Shown: positions 22,464 to 34,400 of the stretch, in pieces | How positions within the stretch are numbered: the stretch's first letter is position 1 | Layout of the letters: each line of letters opens with the position of its first letter | Source: Acanthaster planci | Taxonomy: Eukaryota | DNA: 62,000 nt | Reading direction: 5' to 3' | Assembly: GCF_001949145.1 (NCBI RefSeq) | Contig: NW_019091402.1 | Span: 1,364,001 to 1,426,000, forward strand | Translations under genes and position numbers: made by a program | The notes under the pieces: generated by a model | The model's input: the letters and a program-made list of their open reading frames with translations, nothing else | What the model was told of the DNA's origin: nothing | The model's database searches: none

Positions 22464-25400
22464 CTGGGGAAAAAAAGTACCGGTAAAAACTTTATTTGTA
22501 ATTACAGGACTTGAAATAGATCAAATGGTTGACTTCTCTTCATTTTGTAACCAAGTTTAATAAATGTACCTTGATGAAAATGGATATGGTGCGAGTTTTC
22601 CCCATCATCCTTTGGCTTCAGTTTTATGAGTTTAGGCCCGTAAAGACCCACAGGCTCAACACAGCTCACAGCCTTTTCCTGTTCAAGGGCCCACTTGTCT
22701 GAGGCAAAGGTCTGAATAATTTGAAGAGGTTGGGATGAGGCTCGTCTAAGACAGAGACATGGCCGCAATTTGGGGGGGAAAAAAAGGCCACAGTAGGGCA
22801 TGAACCTCCTCCACCCGAGAGAAATGCCTGCTTCATAACCCCACAAAATTGAATGAATGTGATCAAGCTGCCGTCATCACACTGCAAAATAATGTATGCA
22901 TGCAGACTGTGACATGACAAGGGTTTATTAAAGCTCTTCTATACATGTACATGAAGGAACGTTTGGTGTCACGTGAAATTTGAACTCCTCTGAAACCTGG
23001 TCTCTTTTGCCTAACAAGCAGATTAATCCTTGTCCACTGAGTCATGTGGAATACAGCCACTCAGCGGCTATTTCAGAGGGTCCAAAATTTCACACCACGT
23101 CGGCATGGATTGTGAATGAGTACTGAAAATGGCCAACTCACATGCACAAAAGTAATTCCACCAGGCCAAAGATTTATAAACACTCCTCACACACCTCTTG
23201 CGATTGAAAATGAGATGACATACTGAGGCATGTTAGCCAATCAAAATAATGCATGGAGATGAAATCATGGCAGTGATTGGCTGATGAGAGCTATGATGTG
23301 ACCAGTGGAATCTAAAAGTAAAAAAATAAAAGGGGGCTGTACAGTACCTACTTACTCGAACTCTTGCTAATCCGCCTTCGCTGATCTCTCTCCTCCATTC
23401 TTTTCCGTATCCATGGCGACCCCATCTCAGCCAAGCTCCTCCCCGCCAATGGCCCCCTTCCCGGCTCCCGGTGAGGGGCCTCATCTCGCCTGTTCACGTG
23501 TGGGCTCAGCCTGTGCCCGCGATCCGATGCTGAGCTGTGCTCGTAGGAGACTTGCAGCTGGTGCGTGGAATGACTGAACTTGGAGCCTGTCGAGGAGGTC
23601 GTCAGTCGGCTGTGAGCAATGCTGCGATTGACTGGCGACGGTGACGGGACCGAATAGAGGCCGTGCCCTCGCACGCTGGTGGTTTCTAACCGTGGGGACC
23701 CAGGTTGAACGTGAACACTGAGGTTGTTATTGATACCAGTGGTGAGTTCGTACCCCTTGGTGTTTGACCCCTCCTTAAATGTCCTCCCCCTATCGGAACT
23801 AAATGGTTGAGTCCTGTGGCTACCTAACTCCTTAGACACTGTACTTGACTCAGGTGACAGTACTTCCTGGCGGGGGCTATTGTGCATTGAGATGGACAGA
23901 TTAGTTCTGTTTGGGTCGACAGTCCGCACGAGCCAAGGGTCTTCATAACTGGTAGGTTTGGGAATGGCCTGTTCGGGTGAACGGTGCAACCGTAAACTAA
24001 ACTGTCGAACAGCTTGTGTTCTAGAAACCACTGGGGAGCCAGGGTTGCTATGCATCTTCGAGGGGGCGGCCAGTCCATGTTTTTCGTCCCTCGAGACAGA
24101 AACCTCCTCTAGGTTTCCCACAGACAGAGGTCTCTGCCTCCGATAGTCTGATGACAATGCACTCCTAGATGGCATTTGGGACAGTGTTGGATTCTCTTGT
24201 GGTGTCACGCCCCTGCTTGACCTATTCTGCGGCTGGGCGCGGCCTTGAGTGTCTGTTTTTCCCTGAGTTACGCTAGCTGATGACGGCTCCTCAGCAATAC
24301 TCTCAGTGACATGTGACGTCGTATTGTGTACATCCACCGATCTGTTGTCCACATCCATTGCACTTGAAACCTGCACGTCTCTCAGCACAGCACCTGCTGA
24401 GCTTAACACAGTGGTCGCCATGGTGACTCCAGCTGTGGTGGCGTTGTTGTTGTTGTTCAACTGCGCTTCTTTCGAGGCGGACTCCGATTTGGCTGGTGCC
24501 CCTTCCTTGGTGTTCACCGCAGACTGGCCCTCCACTTTCCGCAGCTTGCTTGCCAGCTTCTGATTGGCCAGTCTATCGTTCTCGGCGGCTGCTTTCTCCT
24601 GCTCGCCAAATGCTTCCCAGGAGGCCTTGTTCTTGTGGACATTGGAGAGCATTAAATCCGAGAGCTCAGTGGGCATGAAACGGTGCCACTCCGTAAAGAG
24701 CGGTTCCACCACAAACTTCATGAACCCTGCCAGTAACGAAAACAGACAAACGTTCTAAATAATCTGACGCGCATTTGGGTTCCCCTTCAAAAGTCGATGT
24801 AAACCACTTCTGAGTGAGGTCACATTTCAAGAATGTTCAAACCCCACAATAGTTCCATTCCATTTTGCTAGGAATTTCGAGGAACTTTTGACAGATGAAT
24901 GCAAGCGACTGCGATAAAAGGAACTCAAGATTTTGTACAACTGGCCACATTTGCACGACCTGTGACCTTAGAATACCAGGAGTCTCCCACTGTGAGGCTC
25001 CAATGGTATCAATATTCTCTAGTTTAATAGCATTTGTTTCGCGTAGTTTTAAAGATAATTGTATTTTGTCACTTTAATTCTGTGTGCTGCTGCTTTCACA
25101 GTAACTCTTTATGTAACTTCAATATTAGCATTGTACTTGAAGTTGTTTTATGTAAATTTTGCATTATGAAGTGCCATAAAATATATAAATGGAAAGGGTG
25201 CTAGATACAAATGTATTATCATTATTTTGTGGAACAAAGCCAAGCCCGTAAATTGTTTCTAATTGGGCACAAGGAGCAATGTGTACATGAACTTGGCCAA
25301 ACTGTCTCAGGAGATGAGACTCTGATGAGGTCATAATTGGCGAGGCTGTTCTGCCATGAGATAAGACCATGTTCCTGACTTCAACAGTCAGTGGCTCTAC

Positions 25401-28400
25401 AGCAGTTCCATTGAGCCTTGTCATCTACTTGAAAACAACTCAATGCCTGGCCCATCACAAGTCAATCACAGGAAACTCAGAAGCCCATCACAAGTCCATT
25501 ATACTGTTGCATATCAGTCCGTCAAAGGTCCATCAAAAGTCCGTCAAAAGTCCGTCAAAAGTCCATCAAAAGTCCATCAAAAGTCTGTTAAAAGTCCATC
25601 ATACATGTACATTCATCGCATTCCACGGTAACGGACCGTCAAGTATCGCTCCCATTTCTCTCACTGCAGCATACAGAGATGTCATTTGACTTGTAATGAC
25701 CGACGGGACAATTTTGTGCAGAATGCATCTTGGCACAGCAGGGTTCGATGACCAGCCAATCTGAAGTCCATCACACACCCATCAAGAGCCAATCCGAAAT
25801 CAAAATACGAGCCAATTTATCAAACAAGTCGGGCCACAAGTTGGTTTACACACCCTTGTATTTATATTCTTGTGGGGTATTTGACTTGGTTCTCGTACAC
25901 TTTCCATATCGCTCCCATTTAAACCCGACTATCATTCCTGGGTTGAGATTTCAACCAAATGACCCTTACACAACCTTACACATTATTTTGCGACATATAA
26001 ATTATACCTTGGAAATTCCATCTTTTTGAGCAAATTCCAAAACTCTATTTTCGTGAAATTCTTGTCTATGTGGGGTTCTTCCTTTTGTTTTGGTACCCCA
26101 AGAGGTACCTTAAACACATGCACTGGAGTTAACAAAAGAGGGATAACAGTGTTGAGGAGTGTTACTCAATAGAATCAAGCTTCAAACTTGGCTTTGGACT
26201 AGGCGACTTGCATTTGACTCATGAGGACTTGCAACTAACATTGCGAGGACATGTAATCGACGTGTGAGGACTTGTGTGGATGTGTGAGGACTTGATTCCC
26301 TGACCTGCTTGTATCTGCTGTATGGTGTTCTTGTAACGATCACAGTTCATAGTCAGCGGTAGTTTCAGTCCCCGCTCTCTGTCGCCTGGAGAAAGAGGGA
26401 ATGGCCACAGACAAATCAGTGAAACACTGCTTAAAAATGACCACTGCTTAAAAATGTTGGCCGGAACAAATAACTCCATCGATCCAAGATTGTTTTGTTC
26501 GATGCATTCCACTCATCAAAACACAACACAGCCCCAGAGTGATTGTGTGTTTGCTGTGCGCAATATATTCCAAATATTACAATGAAACGCTATTTTTTTG
26601 TGGTTCGCGTTCAAGCAAAATATTTTTCGTATCACAAAAAGGTTTTGCTGAGGTTTACCCTTACCACCAAGAGGTTATCAACCAAACTACGAATTGTTTT
26701 CAGAAAGCTACCCGAATGCTCAAAATCCAGTTACATGTTTGTGTAAAACAAACCAGTGGCATGTTCTTCACGCGTAAGAATTGGGACATCAAATTCTGCC
26801 TAAGGCAGTGCCGAAAGGTTTGGCTGAGGCAAGAATTTACATGAGTGTCTATGAAAGCCATTGAAAAATGACACCAGCCACTTCCCACAGGTGCGTATGT
26901 GAGTCCTAGCCACAACCTTGACTTCAGAAAGCAGCCTAGAAGAGGCTGGGCTCTGCCATCTGTATCACCAAACCTCATCCACATTCATGATTGAGAGTCA
27001 AATTCTCAATGATCCATTCAACATCACATGCTATATTTGCTGTTTAACGGGCCTACATCCAAGGATTCAAGCAGAAGTCAAACATATACAAGCATAGTAA
27101 ACTGTTCCCGTGGAATAGTTTACTATGTGTGATCTTTATGACGCAATCACAGAACTGTCATCCAGGTGAAGTGCATGCACGCAAGCATCACCCTGGCTAC
27201 ACACGGAAAGATGGCAGCGTGCATGAATATTGATAAGTGTTTTCAGTGAATCCTCATATTGTCATGGCAACTGAGTATGTATAAGGCACGGTAAACAAAT
27301 ATAAGAACTAGTTTCTCAAATCCCAAAACCGAGGGGCACAACCGTGGACTGTCCTCCACAAGTGTTACAGCATATTTGATTAATTAATGCTTCACTTGAG
27401 GGCTTTTGGGTCATTGGGGATTTAGGTAGTTCAACAGACGAGACTCCGTGATTTGAGCGATGACAAGTTGGAGTTCGGAATGGTACATACCCTGATTGTA
27501 GAATTCTTCTGTGACCATTTCACTCCATCGCCGACTTATCTCCCATCTCCTGCAGGGATTACAGATGTCGGCACACTTCAGTGCAATCTAAAAAGAGAGA
27601 GTTCATAATTACATACATGTAGAGTTCGGAAACATCAATTTCAAAACAGGACAACACTGTTTGTTCAATGCAAATAGACTGTAATTATGCGTCGGCCATC
27701 TTGAAATGAAAGTGAGGTTAACTATTCATTTTGGGACCCGAGAGTGAAAATAACTATGAAATAAAAGTTAGTGCCAGTTTACAGGTAGAACAATTTAAAA
27801 TTTGTGATAAATAATAACTACGTAACGTTTTAAGCCACATTAATTAAAGGAATCTGAGAGCGAGGCTTGGAACCCAAAATAGTCTGGCATCATCCCATTT
27901 CACATGAAACTGAATATGATAGATTCAGGGCACAAGATCAAAGATGGCTTCCACATGAAGAAGGAATAGCAAAACCCCACCATTGGTTGACAACACGTAC
28001 ATTGTCTTCTGCTCAGGATTTAGTTTCAATGCTCGGGGCGGGGCTTCGTTTAGGGAGGCTTACCTGCAAGATGAAGTTTTTGTGCCCTGCATCTTTCATG
28101 TCAAAGTCATTGGCACTGAGGTGATTCTGTGGGAATGGGCAGATCAAAAGTTAACTGTAGTTTATTTACAATACTTCAGAACGATCTTCAACAATAACCA
28201 CCAGATATAAGTGAAAAGAAAATTAGCAACAATGACAACAATAAATGGTATTCACTTGTGAAATGGAAAAAGAGAGTTAGCCCTAAATTAATTGTGGGCT
28301 TTCAGATCAGATTCATACGTATCTCTATCAGCAAATTTGTAACATTTCCACAATTTTCATGGACAGTATTTTCCTTTTTCTGTCACCGTGAGATGAAACA

Positions 28401-31400
28401 ACAGTCCCGTCGAGAATAAGATGAAAAGAAAAGTAAATGCACACGGGACAATAATTCCAATAATCTTCCTAGAGCAGGAGCACCCCCTCATTGGTTGAAA
28501 AGAGCCATGCTGGTCGAGGGTGTTCATTTTGCTGGCAGCGACGTGTCTGTAACATGTGCATTTCGTAGTTGTTGTGAACCAGTGAAGTGCAGTTCTAACC
28601 AAAGGAGCCGCAATTGCTAGGAAAATTGCGCCCTCTCTTGGTCCAGCTCGGGGCTCATTACCTTGAAGTTTTGCAAGAATTCCTGCTGCCTGGCAATGTC
28701 TGTAGCTAGAATGAGCGAGCTGATTTGTTCAACGACGCAATCCCTAGGGAATGGAAGAAAGAAATGCACAACGTTAAGGCGCAGCGAAAGCAGCGATGAC
28801 AAATCTTTAATTTGTGAAAGAAATATGTACTTGAACAAGAGTGAAAGAGCCAAATTTGTCATAAAAACTTTGCCCACAATTCTCGAACAGACATCTCTTG
28901 CAAACTATGGACCCAACGTACATGAACGAGTCTACTAGTTGTTTTTACGCCTTGTTTTTCTTACCATTACTGTGAATTTCCTGGAAACTTCTCTAAAAGG
29001 TAGCAAAACTATCAAATAATGGAGCACTCGAACCTAGCAATTTATACTGTGAAAGATTCTAAACCATTTCTTTGCACACTCAGTAGGGGTATAAACTTCG
29101 TCACCCATGTGTGAAACGACTTGTTGATTAGCAAGGACTGTGAAGTCTGCAAAATTTCCCACGCTGCAGGGAAAAAATGCACACAATTGCTGTCAAGATA
29201 TGGAAAACTTCCCTGGTGCATGTACATGGGTGTACTCATTCTTGAGGTGTAATCACAGTGCATGGGACTGAACAAGGCAGGAGCTCCGACTGAACACCTG
29301 GTCCCTCACCTCCCACTTTCAAAACCAACGACAGAATGTAATGCAGAGGGTGGGGAGCTGCCTACTTTACTACCGTGAGGTCAAATCTGAAAGTTAAGGA
29401 TTTGGCTGAAGGTAATGCACGCGCATATGGAAGTTGCCTGAGATCGACTGTGACTGCTTCCCATAAACACAAGCCAACCGCGGCCGTTGGAATCAGACAT
29501 GGCCTGCCCTTTCCACTCTTGGGTGGCCCAGCTATAGAGTGCCCTCAGTAGGACGTGCATGAACTCCAATGTATAAAAAAAGCGATCATACCACAACTTC
29601 TTGTCTAGGTGATCTAGCAGTTTTGACTCCCTGAGCACGGATATTGCTGCACGCCAGTGGTGATTTTCGAGCACCGATGAATTCTGCAAATAAAAAAGGA
29701 AGAGCAAAGATGTCTTTCAAAATCGCAAGTATTCTGTAAACATGCAGACTGAATTCTTTTACATAGCAGGTATTCACATATCATTCATATCCTGCAATTA
29801 TCTTGTTCAACCATGGTCAAAACACATCCTCTTTTGGCCCGGGGAAGTACTTGGCGAAAAAAACCAGACGTCTGACCGAAACTTTCTTTTGAATATTCAC
29901 AAGTTTCAAAAATTCTTCCCCTGAATACAGCCAGTTCAATTTTTCTCTTTTACCTTCAAATTTGAATATTCGATTTCAACATTTGAATTCCCAACTTCCA
30001 AAATTGAATTCCCCAAAATTTACTCCCAACACAAATGGGTAAGAACTACAAACAGAATCAGAAATTTGTACCTTTTTCTGAGAAGCAGACAACTTACCCC
30101 ATACAACTCTGCTAAGTGATTACTAGTTGCTATTAGAAACACCTGGTTGACCCCTGGATGGTCTAGGTCATGGGTTGCCGATGCCAAGATGGCCGACATG
30201 ACCTCGATGGGTGTCAGAACCTCACGCAGCTGATGTAGGTTTCGAAAGAAAACAAGACAGACAATGCGAAATATTAAAGACAGAGGCCAGTTCGGAAAAA
30301 CTTATAGCATAAAAGAACTGAAATATAAACACTTGTGATCAAATGTTATACCTTCATCTCTTGAAGATAACAGTACATAGCCTGTGTGACATCTGCAGCA
30401 TGCAATGCATTATGGTAGGGGTTTCCATGATAACCAGTTTCTATGGCAACTGTAAAATAAACAAAGTTGGTCCAATTTCATCACAATACATGTATAATAG
30501 TCACAGTAACATTTCCACAACACGTCACATAATTATGTGATTAAAATTGGTAAGATCTTGATTATTATAAAAGAAGTTCACATCATGTGAACATTAATTT
30601 TTGAAACTTCCTCCCAGCTAACTACACTTCAAATGAATCTGTAAAACATTACCAATCACAACCGTACTGTAAGTGTACAGACAGTGGTAAAACTGGTTTC
30701 AAACAAGAAAAATCAAGGAACTTCCAAACTCGTTTATCACAATTGGTACTTTTAAAATTGAAAACATTTTGATTTTGTGAGGCCTGTGAAACCTCAAAAA
30801 AGCAATAGTCGTGAAAAGCAGACGGTAACAGGATTTGGCATTCGGGAGACAAAGTTTCCCATCATCAGGCAGAGGGCGGGCTCACTCGGGAACAGTGGCG
30901 CTCGACTGAGACCCACCTAAACACTTCCACAAATTGGTTGGGTCCAGCTGAAACTTGTGGATCAAATCGTACTTCTGAAAGAGCTGCATGCCCAGAAACC
31001 TCAGGGAGTGGCCTGCATTGTAAAACACGCACAACAGAAGCCAAGGGGTGAGACGGCAGGATAATGAAGTCTCTACCAAATACATGTACCGGTAACCAGC
31101 AGAGGTTTGGAGGGCCCCACGGTTGTATTGCCTTGAGCAGGGCTGTGAGTGGTCACTTCAAATTAAAGCTGAAACAGCCAGCAAAAAGCTGAAATGTAAG
31201 GAGTCCCTGTACGTTTGTACATGGCAGGTGCCCAATAAAACTGAAATTCAAGGTCAACATATGAACCAAAAAAAGCTGAAATAAAAAAAAAAGCTGAATT
31301 TCCACACCTCTGCTTGAGGTACCCCTTAAAATGACCATTCCTTGTGTTCTGTCCCAACTTTAACATGTTAAAACACTTTGTTGGTAAACTGAGGATTCAA

Positions 31401-34400
31401 CAGATTTTTAATAAAGGTTGTTTGAACAAAAACTGCGAAGATCCTGAAATCAGGAAAAATCCTGACAAATCCGACCTCTCAGACCCTAAGAAAGGTTTGC
31501 TGAAGACATGACACGAGAGAAAGATCATCTGAATGGAGGAAAGATGAGTACCAAGAGGAACGATTGCGGGTTGAACACTTTATCAAGAATGCCACTCAAC
31601 ATTTCTAACTAAAACAATGAGCCCAAAGTGGCCCATAAATAGATTTAATAGTCATAAACTTTTAGATTCAGATGGTCATGTTTTGGGAAAAAGAGAGATC
31701 TGTTTTGAAGACTTCTATTTTCAAAGCTCCCCTCATTCTGAATTTTCCATCTGTAATTTGCAATTTACAAACTTCACAATGTGCTGAAAGTCTGTTCAGT
31801 GAAAGAACCGACTCAATTGTGCACTTATTTGTAAATCCAATAAAAGCTCTCAATTAGCCAATGAAAAATACCAGCCCAGTCAATCATTTCAATTCAATTT
31901 TGGCCTCGACAAAAACAACGAAAAGTTAAACAATACAATCTGAATTAATTATTTTTTAATTCCTAACTGCTGTTCCTTGAGCAATGCGAGTCAATTTAAT
32001 AGGCTTGTCAATTTTATTTCGAGGTTGATGGTACGGTGGTGTGTCACCTGCTGGCTGAGTCAATTTAGCTCCGTGCGAGTGTTTTACCAGCTGTCACGCT
32101 CGGCTGGGTCCGACTCACTAATCGCGCGGAAATTAAAAGACAGAGATGTCAGACTGGCAGTCCGCTAAATGAGTCTTAACAAGCCATCCGTGAACTGTAA
32201 ATCCGGACGGAGAGATTTCGGTCCTGCCGCTGAAGGATTTGGCAGGTAGGGTTTTTGTTTGTTAATTGCGTAGTGTCAGTCCACGTTCTGATGTTGATTT
32301 GTTGAGAAAATGCTCAGTGGCACACTTCATTTGAAAGCTGTTGCACACAAGGAACGGTGAACACGTCAGAAGATTTGGCTTGATCATTTTTCACAAGAGT
32401 AAATCGGGTAGAGAGGTGCACACGGTTTGTCCATTCGGGCAAGAATCAACCTGCTTGTCCCAAAACTGTCGAATAAATTCCACGCCCGAATATTCTAGAT
32501 GCATGGAATAAAAAACAAAACGTTTGGCGGACACGACCTGATGAATGTAATAATTTGAAATGATTACTTCTCAATCCAAGCAGGATGTATGCCGTTCTAC
32601 ATGTAATTAAGCCTCAAGTGCATGGCCCGTTCATCCCTCAATGGATTTGATCTTCCAACATTTACCTGTCTGGCTTCCAATGTTTGCCTTCGCTTCATTA
32701 TCTGGTCACTTAGACCATCGCATGACAGACATTTTTGTTTTCATGAGTGCTTTGCCTGCTAATTTGGGTTTGGTTCCATCAATGCCTCGTTGGACTTCAC
32801 TGCATTTCATTCATAACTACCACTTACGATATGATAAGAGGAACATGTTAGCTTACAATGCGATATATTTAGAATTTTTTCTCTCCCTTTTGAGAGGGGA
32901 AAGCTTAATTTTACAGGTCAAAAATGCTGGTACTCAAAACAAACACATTTCAATTTTCACTTTAAACGTGCTCATCGTTACAGATGGTAATGGAGCATTA
33001 TCAAACTTAAGAAATGGGCTCTCTGTGAGCAGCCCCACTGAAGTTAAAAAGTCTTCTGAAAATGGCAGGATGGGAACGAGGCGGGGCGGGGGAGAACGTA
33101 CCTCCAGTGACTTGTTCCAAGTGAAAGATGTTGAAATCCCAGCACGAGAGCCTAGTGAGAAGTTGCTGCAAAGCCAAAAGACACACACACAAACAAAAAC
33201 AAAAAAAAAAGGAAAAACAAATTACTTTCCTGCAACATCATTATTAGACAGTTGGACTGGTTGAACCAAGGGACCTCCTTGATAGACAGAAATGCCCCTA
33301 GCAACGAAGGTCCCAAGTCGGATGAAATTGGCAGGGAAGTGATCGCAGAGATAAAATCAAGTGTAAAAGTAAGGAAAAAAACCAAGTCGGACTTTCTGAA
33401 GAGAGCCTTTAGAGTGCTGTTGAAACTGAAACTCTAAGCGCTCACGCTCAGTAAGCCTGAAGGGATTCGAACCCGGGGACTTTGAAGTTGAAAGCAAAAA
33501 TTTACCAATGCCTTTCATTCTACTGTATCTTATTCTCTACAGACTTGGACATCTTTACTTGAGTAATTTTGTAACCAATGAACAGAACTAGGACAACGAA
33601 CATTTGAACAATGTCAAATTATTTTTCTCTTTGTTCTGGATATTCCATGAACTGCAGGTATGTGAAATCCAGTGTTGCGGTTGAATACATTTCCTTGAGT
33701 GTCAGTACGAGTACAGTATGTCACTACGACAACCAGTTTGAGTAATTCTGTGTTAGTGCAAATACTAATGCATGGAACTTTTGTCCAAATACAAATACAT
33801 TTTTATGAGTCCAAGTGTGAGTATGAGTGCCAAATTATACTCAAGTACAAGCACTGGTATAAGGGTGAGAACTACAACACTGAGGAATAGGTACCGGCCA
33901 CCTCACCGATGAGTTCCTCTCGTAGCTTTTACTGAGTCATTTATAAAATGAGGTCACAAAGAGAGGTTTCTAAGTTTATCAGTCAGTTCAGAGTTTGAGA
34001 CGAGAACGATACGAAATCGGCATAAAGTGATGATTCGTGACCTAGCCTTTGATGTGATGCATCGAGACACTTGGACACAAACTTTCCTTGGAAATATACT
34101 CAGGTATGAGGTACTGTATCGGTACTAAGAAACCTGTGAGTAATGAGTTTGTGCCCTGGTACACTGCATTCGCATGTACGTGTAATTCAAGTCATTTTAT
34201 CGAATTCATGTTGTGTTATCAAATCCAAATGTCAGACTCAAGGCCAAACATTTTTCAACAGGGAGAATTCTTTTCCCAGAAAAGATAAAAACAACCTCTT
34301 GGGTTTCATCCTCTTGCCTCTAAACACCGACAACTGGGTTGGTGTGAATGACTTGAAGAAAGTAAGATCTCCAAGGACAGCATTCACATGATAGCATACT

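Noticed and set aside
23348..24721. 457-aa ORF as a stand-alone gene
   Set aside because: It begins with the last helices of the PDE catalytic domain right after a splice acceptor, so it is a PDE7 exon.
32641..33264. 207-aa plus-strand ORF antisense to PDE7
   Set aside because: No recognisable domain, low-complexity runs, and it crosses a real exon on the opposite strand; most likely chance.
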